A stretch of 63,315 nucleotides of DNA, filler included, from Choristocarpus tenellus KU-1152 (lineage: Eukaryota; Protista; Phaeophyceae): assembly GCA_964200185.2 (NCBI GenBank). It is 10 parts of 10 records of this genome, joined end to end, with 100 filler letters (N's around TTAATTAATTAA, not from the genome) between each part and the next. Parts side by side here need not be neighbours in the genome. Positions count along the whole stretch, not along the records: positions 22,701 to 28,544 come from CAXNAD020009611.1; positions 28,645 to 37,258 come from CAXNAD020004526.1; 8 more parts are not named here. One strand, 5' to 3'. The notes under the pieces are model-generated. The model did no database searches and was not told the DNA's origin. It was given only the letters and a program-made list of their open reading frames with translations. Below are positions 23,096 to 36,005 of the stretch, one piece after another; position 1 is the stretch's first letter, and every line of letters begins with the position of its first letter. A program made the position numbers and the translations under genes.

Positions 23096-24216
23096 GAAGC
23101 CTCTTTCATTTTTTTTGCGCTTGTGCAAATGTGGGTGTCGACTCATCTAATGATGCTATGGTGCCCGACAAAAAGTTGGCCGCGAATTGAATTGTGTGTT
23201 GTGGATCTCGCTTCCAATCTGACAGCTTATTGCCATTGTTGGAATGATTATTTCAAATAGGCCTTACACCAGGATATAGCTTATTGAACTAAAATTGACT
23301 GGAACAAGGGTTAAGGGACACGGAGATCGGTGAGAACAGGGGAGGTTGCAGGTTGGTCGTACCAAATTGGAGCAATGTTATAGGTAGGCCATTATATTGG
23401 TTGAAATGTTGCTTTCCGTCCTATCTATCTTGCCCTTTGACGTTGCCGTGACTGGGTTGTGGTGGGACAAGGGTCGGAGGAGGAGCCGAGAAGGCTAGCA
23501 TCACGTTGTAGACATCCCACACAAGGAGACATTAGGTGCATGCGGAATTACAACAATTTATACATGAACACATGGGCAATTAGGCATCTATGCAAATGCT
23601 CAATGATGGTATCTATCAAGACCCTAACCAGATACAGAATACGTTTGCAACACGCCTTGAGGTAAAAGTGATTCGTGGTTCAAAATCTCCTCTCTTATCA
23701 CGAGGCTCTAGTCGAGAGGTCTCTCCTCACCCGTTCTTGTCGGAAGGAGACCCATTCGCAACTCGACTTCGCTAAACGTTTCATATCCATGACAACGGGG
23801 TTCCCTGAAACCCATAGGCAAGTTCATGATGATTATTGAGACTAGGTGGTGTTTGAAATGGAGGAGAGATGGAACTTGACTACGCGAGCGCATCCCTCGC
23901 AAATGAAACAAACCCGCCGCCTGAGACTGCTGTGGACAAAAAAAACTATAGACCAAAAGTTCTTAGGAGTATGATGGGATACCAAGTGTTTGTCTTCGAC
24001 GTTTCTTGCGCGAAAACAGAGCAGAGGGGTGACGAATTGCTTTTGTTGAGAGGGATACAATCATTTCGACAACTTGATTATAGATAACCCCGTCTCAAGC
24101 AACTTTCAGATATATCAGAGTTCATATTGGAACATACGCACTGTCCTCCACATACATGTCCAGCACAAAACAGAGATGAACGGGGTCATTAATCGTGTGT
24201 TGTGGAGAAAACTTGC

Positions 24217-24327
24217 CTGCATGTTGAAGCTCTCCTCCACCTTAGTGAAAGGGCAAAGCAAAACGTGAACGCAAACTACGATCAGTAGTATAGCCTCAGC
24301 AGCCACCCTCCAGCAAGGTTGGGACAT
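24217..24327 (-). CDS. ALG12: ALG12 alpha-1,6-mannosyltransferase, first exon only
   Basis: Hydrophobic N-terminus then CPFTKVEESFNMQ, the ALG12 signature (PYTKVEESFNLQA). The downstream DH..FPGVVPR exon was not found in this contig. Confidence 0.8.
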
Positions 24328-24848
24328 CCTGACTGAATCCTTCTCCTCCCTCTACCCTAGTGGACCCGTATGGTGCGACTAAACACTGGTTTGTTTGAGG
24401 TAAATCAAGGAACAAAGAATTAAAATTTTGAAATATATCAATGTTTGTAGTGTAGACATCGCAAGATCGAATTCTGTGCATAAGAGATCTATCAATAAAC
24501 CCATATGTAACGACAAATGGGAAATAATTGTGTGGGGGGACGAAGGCGAGGTCTTAACAATGTGAAAGTAGGACATAGGTCTAGGACCGAACGTGACGAG
24601 TAAGCATGTTCCCTATGGGGTCAATACGACGAGAAAGAAGAGTGAGGCAGGCTAGAATACGGGAGGTAGGTTCAAGTCTCGTCGTGTTGGATTCATGAGA
24701 AGAATAATGTGCCGAGGCCGCAAGTTCGAGGTAGATCTTTTAATATGTGGTCCAACTGGTTGTGGTCATCCATCCTACAAGGATCAACTCGGACATTTGC
24801 AGCAATAAGGGATACGTCCTATGGGTCTATGCAATATTTCTGCTGGTA
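24328..24848. promoter_or_regulatory. Putative bidirectional promoter (ALG12 / cyclophilin)
   Basis: Divergent starts ~520 bp apart. Confidence 0.4.
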
Positions 24849-27800
24849 ATGGCTGACGATGGGGGAAGACGGTCGTCGAAAGATCATTCATGCATTCAAA
24901 TGTACAGATCCTACTGCCCCCAACAGCAAGAAAAAGAAGACGCTGAGGATGGGGATGGCTTCCAGACTGGTGCAATACCTGTTTGTGTCCGAGTTCCTCA
25001 TATACATAGCAGCCGGGCCATTAACCCAATTGTGTACCTTGACGTGTCAATGGAGGGAGAGACTGAGCGGTTAACGGTGGAGCTGCGGAAGGACATAGTA
25101 CCCAAGACAGCTGAGAATTTCCGGGCGTTGTGCACTGGTGAAAGGTCAGACTTTTCACCCATATAAGTAGATAGAACTTTTTACTAAGGATCGTATGTAG
25201 CGATTACAGGTACGTTTTTCACAATTTTCCTTACCTTCAAGTCGCTTGGACACTTCGAAACGCACATGGGCACTGCAGCAAGTACGTATCCGTATCAAAC
25301 CAATGGAGACGTGAGTTGGTTAGGACCCTTTCACAATCCAAGTCATTCTTATTGCCCTACTCAAGACACTCTATTCCATTGCTTTATATGCACAATAGTG
25401 TTCGCAAACTTGAAGGCTCTTTCTGCAATTGTACAAAATGGCATATTTTTTCCCTTCCTCGGAACCCCTACAATGTTACCCGGCCTACCTCTCGGTTGGT
25501 TTGACTTGATTCATCCCCTCTCTTTGTACCTCCAGGTGCCTGCACATTGTGTTGCATTATACTACGAAGTGCAGTGTATTGTATTATATTGTCACTTTCG
25601 AGGCTGGGCTAGCCTGACCCGTTCTCAGAGGCAGTATAACTGCACTCATCTCTCTGAAGTAAGACTAACTTCAGCGAGACTACCTCTGCTGCGACTATGT
25701 GCACTGCCTCCGTGCGTACCTTGCTTCTGGCGTCTTGGGTACAAACCTCCCGCCACTCCTCAGCTTCCGTCCTCCCTTCAAAGTTTGGTTGTCCACTCAC
25801 CAGGCGACCTTACTCCGATGAAGCTACACCTCATTTTTTCTCAACCCCATAAGTTGCTGACGAAATCCGGAGTCAGTAATGCTTGCTACATAAAACATCG
25901 AAATTGTCAAGTCAACTGACTTGAACTCAAGCAAAGAAAAAATCGCAGGAGTGATGGGTTCTAAGCAATGAGGAGGCTCACAGTACCAATGCCAAAATCA
26001 ACAACCACAATATCTTGTGACTTCTGGGAAAAGCTGACAATTTCGTTTGATAGAAGTGCTCTCTAACCTCATGCTGACGTGTGTTCTACTAACCATTGCT
26101 CCCACAAGTAAAATAGAAACCAATCCAATTGAGAGGTAAACAAGGTTGCACTAAAACGATTCCAAGAAAGGGCAAGAAGGAACCATTTTGTACAATTTCA
26201 GAAGTAACTGCTTAATTGTGGTGTCACCTTGTGTGTGGAAAGAGGGAATATCAAGTTTGTCTACACCATTACATAGAGCAGTGAAATATAGTGTGTTGCA
26301 CAGGGTAAGAAATGTGGCGTAGAACGCAAAGGGGGTCCATACTTGTCTACCTCTAAATTGGTTTGGCCGTGGAGAACATCTGGACTCACAAATATGCTCA
26401 AACAAGCTTAACCCGATTAAGGCAATGCCCTTGATCTGTGGTGGCAGTGTGCGTCATCTCCCATTCAATGGATCCGTTTTTTAATTGATGCTCATTCTAG
26501 AACATCGATCATTCAGTACCAAAGCCCACCATCAGTTTCAAAACAACTTGGTCCTTGAATGAGACTAGAGGGAAAAATTGAGAGAGGCAACATTGATCAC
26601 TTATCGTACCTCCCATTACGAATGCTAGCATGGACGGATCACAACACTTCACGTTTCAGACAGAACAAGTCCAAAAGCAATATGTATTTGATTTTGTGGC
26701 TGGTTGGTCAGTACTCAACATATCAATATTCAACATGAACTCAATGGAGCTCGATACAGATAAAAGTGCATGGACGACCACACAGACACAGACACTGCAT
26801 TGTCCCCACTGGACCTCCCTTGTAGGGGTAAAGACAAGAATGGAATAATGCTAAGCTACAAAGGATCTACATTCCACAGGGTTGTGAAGGACTTTGCTGT
26901 TTTTGGTGGAGACATTGCGGTGAGATGTACTCCAAGTACCGAGTATTCCGTTTCAACAGGGAATACTTAACTCAATGCACTGCTGCTTTCTGTGGTGCTT
27001 CCTTTATGATCATATCTCAAACGCAGCAAGGGGTGGCATAGTTGGGGCTATTACAAAACCGGTTGCTATCAGGTCCGGACTAGATATAGCGATGGTGAGT
27101 GGTACCACCTGAAGTGATGTCGTGTAGTCGGCATGGAGGCATCAATCTCTGTTTAAAATCTCTCCTCCCCCTCTTACAAGCTGAAAACTCCTTCAAAGGA
27201 TGTGGAGATGAGAGAGGTTGGGGGTCTAGCTCATTTCTGACCTCCTTGAAGCAAGTGTCTCATCATGTAGATTGCACTTGGTAGTCACACAAGTATTGGG
27301 CAGTGAGGGATTGAAGACTTACATATCAACTCACTGTATATTCTAGATGGTACATGTAATGCGCGACTTTCCTCAGAATGTCCTCTATCATGAAAACATA
27401 GCTGAAGATGTAACATTATGTCCATGTTGGTGAATATAAAACAGAATAGTAAGGTGATTTTTTTTTATAGCCAAGTGCAAAAGGCATGACACAAAAAGTC
27501 AAAGTGTGCACCGTCCCGGAAGTCTTACTGATTCAAGGTAGTTCGAAGTCGTAAGTCTTACTGATTCAAGATAGTTCGAAGTCATAAGTCTTACTGGTTC
27601 AAGGTAGTTTCAAGTCTCAAGTCTTACTGATTCAAGATATCTCGATTTCACCGCACAATTATCTTCTCCTGCCCCCCCTTTTGTTGGCTGTCATTTCTCT
27701 GCAGCACTCCTCCTTGTCCCCGGATCAAAATTTTTCTCACAGTTTAAGAGACCCAAACAGCATGTTCCTAGAACAGCCCTTAAAAACAGAGATTAGATAT

Positions 27801-28406
27801 GAAGGCAAGGCATGGAATATAACTGAGGCCGCAGAGTGAAAGTATCTTAGAGGGAACGAGTTTTGCCCTGCTCGTTCATTCGTGACTTGGCTTTCCATGG
27901 ACTTTTTTTAATGACATTTTCCCGCTCCAAAATGTTTCGGAGTAGGTAAAATGTGTCCGGAACAGGTGTGTCTGGAACAGGGATATTGACACTTCCTAAC
28001 AAACACGATAACCAAAATTACATCAAAATCGCAACATTGGATTTTGACCCCCAAATAGAAACAGCTCCACCCTCTAAGATAATTTGGCTCCGCATGGAGT
28101 CATCACATTTTCTTGATTGAGCTAATGATGGATGGCCTTCTTGTTTTCTAATAGCTCTCGGTTGTCCTCTTCACCATTTTTTCCTTTCCTCCCGGAAAAT
28201 CCGTTGCCAACCTTTTTGCTGAACGACCACAACACACGTCGTTTAAAACCACAAAGAATGGCAACGGAACGGGCCGTGTGTCAGCATTTGGTGCTCCCTT
28301 CAAAGACGAAAATTTCATTCTGCGCCATGTGGGTCCGGGCATCCTAACTTGCTGCAACTCTGGACACAACAGCAATTGCTCAACGTTCATTATCACGACA
28401 GTGGAG
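24849..28406 (+). CDS. Divergent cyclophilin-type PPIase, 3' partial; exons ~24849-25144, 26826-26919, 28257-28406
   Basis: [72 protein letters not shown]. Start codon uncertain. Confidence 0.9.
27520..27645. repeat. 33-bp minisatellite, ~4 copies (AAGTCTTACTGATTCAAGGTAGTTCGAAGTCGT)
   Basis: Contiguous tandem units in a cyclophilin intron. Confidence 0.9.
27832..28092. mobile_element. MITE family A copy, opposite orientation
   Basis: CAGAGTGAAAGTATCTTAGAGGG ... CCCTCTAAGATAATTTGGCTCCG. Confidence 0.8.
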
Positions 28407-28544
28407 GTAGGCCAGGGGGCTGGGGCGGTTGGATTAATACTGTAATAGTATGTGGTTTAGGTAGAAAGCTCATCATTCCAAAATCATTTTTTTGGTGATG
28501 CCAAGAATATCAAGGCTCACAGTATCTGGGGGTGGGTAGCGGCT

Positions 28545-28644
28545 NNNNNNNNNNNNNNNNNNNNNNNNNNNNNNNNNNNNNNNNNNNNTTAATTAATTAA
28601 NNNNNNNNNNNNNNNNNNNNNNNNNNNNNNNNNNNNNNNNNNNN
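28545..28644. other. Artificial contig linker, preceded by a MITE-B end at 28514-28544
   Basis: N44-TTAATTAATTAA-N44. Confidence 0.99.
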
Positions 28645-29087
28645 GGGGCTTTGGGGACAGGCAGCAGTAGTGGGGGGATAGACTAGGGGAATCAGTCGCG
28701 ACAACACAGCTGTCAGTGTAGTACTCAGTAGTCTCTGACAGTGGTCCTGTGTACTGAGGTGTACCATCACACTGGACGGTATTGGCAAATCTTTGTTTAG
28801 ATTTGAGGTAATTTTTTATCGAATGGAGTTTATTTTCGTGTCAAGTACTATAATCTCGAGCTTTTGATGCACTAACTAAACAAAGATGTCAACCCCGATC
28901 TTGTATCATGACCTTGAGCAAAGATAAAGTAACAATGATGATCCCAGCGCACTTCAGAAGGTTGGTTAGGGTACAATATTGTCCACTCCTCAGAAGGAAG
29001 TGGGCTGCTCTTGTTCATGAGGACAATCTTTACCTAACTACATTGTCACAATCAGTGGCACTTAATTCTTCCTTTTGACTGTGGATT

Positions 29088-30334
29088 TCAACCACTCTCA
29101 ATATTGTACTGACAAATGACTCTTTGTCCTGTATTACTTTTTCCTACCGCTTGTATGTCCTCTCCCCCCTGGTCCCTTGGCATGCCCATCTGCTTCAAAT
29201 CAGTGTAAGGATCACTGTAGAAGACATCATGCAGACCAGCATCCCCTGTCCAGTCAGTGTTGCCCTCCAACTTTCCAAGGCCATTATATGAATGGAGCAT
29301 GTCTTGTAATATGCAACAAGTGAAAAATATGTTATCTATCTTCTTCATGTGCGAATATAGTAGTGGTAGCTTGAGGATTCTGAAATGACCCTTGACTCTA
29401 CCAAAAAAGCACTCTACATCCTAGCATAAACTCTCTACTCGTTCGCTCCACCTTGCCTGTGCCCGTGTGACAGACGCCTTGAAGGGGCATATTGTGCACC
29501 TCCACTGCAAATGCAAAGATCGGGTTGGGCAATACTATTGACTTGCTAGTTTCATGAGCACTCATTTTTACAGGAGCAATAAATAACATAGGCGTGCCCC
29601 TACAGTCACGTATTTCCTGTCACCTTTTGGTAGCCCCATCGACAAGATCATAGGCTCCTTTCTCGGTGAAATAGTTCGGGTCGGAGTTCTTAAGTTTGTA
29701 CTCCAGCTTTCTGTACGTGGGACTAGACCTTAATTTCTGGATAGCACCATCATATCGAATGGTTATCTCGTCGTTTTTGGCTCCAGAAAACCCAGCGGTC
29801 ACTCCCCGTGCAAATCCAGCATGGTCACTTCATTGGCGACCGTGGCGTAACCTATCGAGGTAGCCCTTTCACACACAAACTCTACTGGCCAGTATGCTCA
29901 CCTTCAGCTTCATGACTATGACAGGGCGTCCGGTGGCATATGCGCTTCGACAACCAAGCCAACCCTGCTTTTGTACCTCTTGCACTATATCTTCAAAGAA
30001 AACAAATAGGACACCGAACAGCCTCGTAAACTTCAGCGCCTCCCGCTAAGTGACGTCTCTCAGAGCTTCCTCTTTCCCCAGAATAATCCCCTACAAGCTC
30101 ACCAGGTAAACTGGCCGATTGTGGGGGATGCGAAACCTGCGAAATAATGGACGTTCTTCGTCCTCATCTTCCTCGTCCATCAAAGCATAGATGAGCAATA
30201 TAATAGTTTGCGTTTATCATCTACCTAGATCTCGCCTGCAACCTAAAGGTAGATTAATCGAAAGACGATGAACTAGAAGACGACGAACTGGAAGACGATG
30301 AACTCGAGGATGATGAACCTGAGGACGATGACAT
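29088..30334 (-). mobile_element. PIF/Harbinger-type transposase pseudogene
   Basis: Ser-rich start (MSSSSGSS...), GFSGAKNDEITIRYD, GAYDLVDG, VECFFGRVKGHFRILKLP, IDNIFFTCCILQDML. Frameshifts and stops. Confidence 0.8.
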
Positions 30335-32474
30335 TCGGTCTCTCTCACTCTCTTCATCCATTTTGTCCATATTGAACCAGATGTGCTATGGAGGGAAATC
30401 GAAACACCAAGAATTTCTTTCGGATTTGCCTTGAACATTGGTCGCGAATTGTCTGATCCACCCTCCATTCAGATTTGACTCGTTTAGAAATGTCTAATAT
30501 ATTTCTCACCTGTCACGATTTTCCGTTTGGAAATGCCCAAAAATGTCAAAAAGCAAAACCAAATAAGTCTGAAAACATGTGTATAGGAGATGGTCCAATA
30601 CAACGACATATGATATATATTTTTCTTGGGACTTGGGTTCAACTGTGGAGGACTAGACCGTGACACAGGACCGTGATCACGATATTGGTAATGACAGTGC
30701 AAGGGTGAGTCTCCCTCTACTTCCCTCTATGTTAAAGTGGAATATTTTTTTCTTGAACTTGAGGCCAAGGGGAAAGGGAGAGGACTAGATTGGGTCTGCC
30801 CATTGTTGTACAAGACAGAACAAATAATGGAGTTGTTGAGTAGTTTTACTACCAAACCTTCCATACAGACAGATATCAGAAAGTTCTTTGAATGATGGGT
30901 GTTGTAATAAATGTAGAGATAAGATTGGATGTGGATACAATGTGATACTCAGTGAATTATGAAAAGTGACCTTAAAAGTGGACTTCCACCAATAATAAGG
31001 CGAGTCAGTTGACAAGATGACTTTGTTTGAGGCACCATAATATTGAAAACACTATAAAAATTAAGTTTGATCCCAACTATTAGAAGTGGGATTGTTGTTG
31101 AGGAGTGATATACTAAATTAGTGTGAGTATATTAGTTTGTACGTCCACATGAAAAAATTAACGTCACCCCGATTATTTCGAAGTATCTTGATATATATAC
31201 GTATCTTACCTAGGTTGGAGCTACAGCTGGTCATTTACAACTATAGTTTCTTAGAAATTCTGACATCTGAATGGTTTTCACTGGTTATTCCCTTCACACA
31301 TCTTCAGAACGTGAAGTCATAATAATATTTGTATATATCTATCTATGTATTTATGTGTATGTCCGATATTGACTTTTGATGCATGTAAATGACGATGGTG
31401 CTTTTCAAAACATATTTGAAAAGTTGTTGTATACTCTTATTATTATACAACTATTATTTTTGTAGATGTAATGTCTAATGATTGTCCATTTTATGCAACA
31501 ACACATATAAATACCTTTGTTGACGTTGAGTTATTATGCCGCAAATTTCAAAATCGACTCTAAATATATTTTTATTTACAATTAATATGTAATGAACTAC
31601 GTTGGATGAGAGGAGTGGTAGTGAGGTATAAAAAAGATTATACGAGGCAAGTCGAACAATACAATGAAGTCAATTCCTAGTATAAACGCGGAAAACATTC
31701 TCTTACAAGTAGAACAACCATCGGGGAGCAACCTTCAGTGGAGGAGTGGTAACGGGGTCCAAGAAGATGATCTGAGGTATGTTGAACAAAACATTGACGA
31801 AGAAGAGGGGATTCCTAGGACATAAACGCGGAAACCTTTCTCTTGCAACTATATCAATCATCGGAAAGTGCGTGGGATCAACAACCCACACAGTCTAGTG
31901 TACAGATGACACCGCAACGATCCCTTACGACTGTAGAATCTCCGCTACTAGTCTGCCCCGTTAGAGTACTTTTGTTCTACACATAACTTTGCATGATGCG
32001 ATCTCGGAGTAATGCTCCAAATATATTCAACAAACAATAGAACGAGCAACAACAGAGACCCAACGGGAAACAAAGGAAGGGATAGGTTGGTAGGGTGGTC
32101 AGATAATTGATTGGTAGAACGGTGTGGTTCAGCACCTTTCCCTTATCCTTCTCCAGGCCGCAATATGCAGTTTCTTTTTGAAGGAACTTGACAGTTGGAA
32201 TTGCACTGTTCGAACAAAGAGGTAGAACTGAAAAGGTCGATTCGTGCGTTTGCTTACATGAACTGTACCACACACGATATACCCACAAAACCCATTCAGA
32301 ACTAGAAGTGATTAGTTCATTGTTGTTGTGTGAAGGTTTAAGGTTTGGAAGGGAGGAAAGAACATAGTTGTAGCCAGAAACAAAAAAAGTTGTCCATGAA
32401 CATATCAACACATGATCACTCACTTCATCAAGACACCAAATATCCAAAGATCAAAAGATAACAATAACCTAACA

Positions 32475-35400
32475 ATGGTAAAAACAAAAACAAAATCTAG
32501 CATGAAGTTTTTGGAGGTAAAGGAATTTGATTCAGACCGAAGTGGGGGGCGATGCCCCGAAGAACAGATGGCTGATCAACGGAGAAGGAGAAGCGCTAAG
32601 CAACGAAAAGTAACAGGGAAAGCACCGGTCAGTACTCTGGTTGAGGTTTCTTGGCCTCCTAGGAAGCGATCCAGGCGAGAGATTGCACCCAGTGAACCGT
32701 CTGAGCATACGCCTTGTGTAAGTGGCAGGCGACCAAGAGTTGCCGCCAAAGTTGCAAGAGAGCGCATTGAGGCCACGGAAGTTTTGTGTGATGACGTGGA
32801 CGAGGATGAGATCATGGGCTCAGATAGTATTGATGGGACTTCCGGGAGAGTGATTGTCGGTAAGAAACGAGGAAACAACGACATCAAGGGAGCCAGTCGA
32901 AAACTGTGCAGGGATGAACAGATAGGGAGATGCCAGACGCCAAAGTCCCACCTGGAGAGGTTACTCCACCCCCTCCAACAGTTTCGAAATCCTTCAAAAT
33001 ATGTTGTAGGTTCAGGGTGGATGGATGTGTGGGGCCTCATGGGCGATCAGTTCTTCCCTCATCGGACAAGGAAGTTGGCAGAAAAGCTGGACCTTCTCCT
33101 GGAACCCTTCTCATGCGAGAAGTTAAATGTTGTGGATCAGTGCATGGACGATGATAGGGAGGAAGACTCTGCTTCTTGCGCAAATGCTGGTGACTCATCA
33201 GACGGAGATTCGGCGATGAGCAACGCGGAGGCGAGTGAGCTAAACCGTTACAGTTGCCTGAACTATTGCTGGAATCATTCTCAAAGGGAAGGTTTATCCT
33301 TAGGTCGGAGAACCAACTATTTCCCAATATCGACTCCTCTTATTTACCCGAGTCCTAGTTTCGTGTATCATATATCTGATCGGGTTACCTCGTTTTGAGA
33401 ATAGGCTTGTGTGCCTAGGTGGAATTTGCGGTAGATAGAGCGAGAAGCCTCTTGCGCGAAGAGGGCAAAATCCCTTTGGTTCTGCCCTAAAAATCGTGGT
33501 ATGGATGCCCTCTAAACCACCATAATTACTCGATTCACCCCAATAGAATCAATCATCAAGCGCTAGGAGTGAGTGCCTGAAAGCGGTCGTTGCTTTATAC
33601 CGAAATGCCTCGCTCAACTTATGACCTTTGCTCTCGATCGCATGCGTCAATAGATTAATACACCTTGTAAGGCCCAACCACCGCACACTATTCCCCAGGA
33701 TGGTAGAAGCGCAAACAGGAACGGAAGCGAGGGTGGGGGGAAAGATAGGATCCGTGCCAAGGGAAAGGGAAAGGCAGGGAGCAAGAGGAAGGACCAGGTC
33801 AAAGAGACCCGCTTGGAACTGGCAAGGCTGAGGGGTGATCTGGCAGCAGTAGAAGAGAGCCTTGCGCCCACCCTTCATGAACTTGCAGCGCGACTCGGAG
33901 GAGCTTGGAGGGCCTTTGAGTCCGAGGAGGCAACGGAGGAGAGGGAGAGGGTTGTCAAGGTTCTGGAAAAGTGGCAACCGGTAAGTGCATGCATTGGGGG
34001 GTGGGGGTGGAACAGAAGGAATGGGGGTGAAGTGGAGCTATTTCAGACCTCTTGGAGTATCTCTGGAATAGGATGGAATGATACAAAAGGGTGTGACACA
34101 CTTGTCCAAAACAGTGGATGCACTAGAATATCTCTGGTGACTCTTGGCATGGCTGAATGGAGTGCAGGGGGGCGTCACCTGTATTGCGTAAAATAGGGAG
34201 TGGAGTTTCAACTTTCACAAGGGGTTCTTGAGGAAATTATTGGAGGTGGAGGGTAATGCTAAGGCATTGAGTGTGGATCAAGGAAAGAATAGGAGGGTTT
34301 GGTTTTGAGGGGCAGAAAGTCGATGGTGGATGAGTTTGTATCTAGTTTAATTGCATGTTTGTGCTGTGCCCCCATTTTTGTTGAGGTTACCTTGATTGTC
34401 TCAGTTTGATAATGTGGGCCTGCTCTCTCAGGTTGGGGGGAAAGTATCTTGAACAACAGGGGAAGGGCTCTTTTCCGAGTCAAGGTTAAATTCCAGTGTG
34501 GGGATCTTGAATTTTTTCTATTCAACCCTGATTCTATGTACTATTTGGCATTGGCACCACTGTAGGCTGTTTAGCGTATCCGTCTGATCCTGCCTACTGG
34601 ATCTTTCACCCTTCCCCTCCCCCTCCCCCTCACAATTCACATGCAACCTGTAGGAGAATGAAAAACATCATGCCGAGGCACTCACGATCATCGCCCAGCG
34701 TGAAGAGGAGCAACAGGCACTTTGCTATGTGTGCGGCTCTGGAGAAACATTACACGATGATGCAATTGTGTTCTGTGATCGATGTTCTGTTGCCGTTCAC
34801 TGCTCGTGCTACAAGGCCAAGGGAGTAAGCGCTTCTGTATCCCATGTGCTTGGTTATTTTTCTCAGATTTTGGGTGGGCTAGGGGTTGAGGTTGAGAAAG
34901 TACGTCAATTTGTGGACTTAGTTTTGTTTCGGTGTGTGTGTGCACTGACTGAACCTGGATGGCGTGCGTGGGGTTCTGGTTGTGCTCTTTCCTTTTTTCG
35001 ACTTTTGAGTATTTTGCGGAAATTTCTTGATCTGAAGAGGAAGTATAACAAGCAAAATGTATCACTTCTCAACCCTACCCCCTTCCTTGGTCGTTGGAGT
35101 ATTTTTTACTCGGGGCTTTGAAACAGCACTGATTTTGGTAGTGTTGCTATAACTCTGCTGTGCAACCCCCCCCTCCCACCCCCCCTCCCCCCTTCCCCTC
35201 CTGACAACCATGTATACAGCTAATCCTGATCCTAATCCTGCCCCCACTACACAGCTTGATGAGGAGAACTGGTTCTGTAACTTTTGTGCTGCTCACCTGG
35301 AGGAGGAGGTGATTCGTTTGGAGTTGTGTGATGAGAGTGAAATATAAAATTGCACATGAGATGTTACCTTGTTTTCCGCCTTCAAAGTGGTTTTGCTAGT

Positions 35401-36005
35401 ACAATATATATATATTTTTTGTCATGTTTTAGAGGAACACTCTGTTAGGGTAGAGAAGGAAAGAAGACTCCTTCGTGGAAAGAAGAGCAGGGATGAACAT
35501 GTGCCTGTGAATATGATGTAGGGAAGTGGTGTAAAACTCAACTGTGCTTGAGATTTCGAGGGGTGGACAAGCTGACCCCTCTGACTATGGTTTCAATGCA
35601 CCTGGTCACTTCCCCAATCCCAAACATTGTTAGCACATTGAGAAGCAGAATGAGCTTGACCAGGAGGCAACAGAGGCTGAGGGAGGCTTGGGTCAGAATG
35701 GCAAGGGGTCTAAGACACGGAGCTTCAAGGTGGTTGGCACGGAGTTTCCTGGGCACCAGAAGGGTCCTAGAGATAGGAAGGCGGTGTGTGTGCTGTGCCC
35801 AAGACAGGGGGGGGCTTTCAAGAGAGTGAACATAAGCCGCCCGAAGGAGGGGAAGGATAGGGAAAATGTAGGGACAGGGACTACTGAAGTGGGGAAGACA
35901 ATGGAGGGGTGGACAGAGGAAACTTGTGAGGAAGAGCAGGGTTGGTGCCATGTTTCATGTGCCCTGTGGCAAGGGATCCCTGTTGGCGAAGATGATATTA
36001 TTCAG
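32475..36005 (+). CDS. PHD-zinc knuckle-PHD (PZP; Jade/BRPF-like) chromatin protein, 3' partial; exons ~32475-33230, 33699-33980, 34654-34824, 35255-35308, 35634-36005
   Basis: CYVCGSG..DDAIVFCDRCSVAVHCSCY|..NWFCNFC (PHD), CVLCPRQGGAFK (knuckle), WCHVSCALW. Start codon and first donor uncertain. Confidence 0.85.

Noticed and set aside
20485-23146. Poly-K, poly-P and (HT)n ORFs
   Set aside because: Translations of homopolymers and microsatellites near assembly gaps.
27520-27645. CRISPR-like array
   Set aside because: Units are contiguous near-identical 33-mers with no unique spacers, no cas genes, and they lie in a eukaryotic intron.
30260-30334. Plus-strand EDDEL repeat protein
   Set aside because: Better explained as the Ser-rich N-terminus of the minus-strand Harbinger transposase.
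31675-31866. Diverged ~50-bp direct repeat (ATAAACGCGGAAA...) upstream of the PZP gene
   Set aside because: Only two copies with no evidence of function; likely a local duplication.
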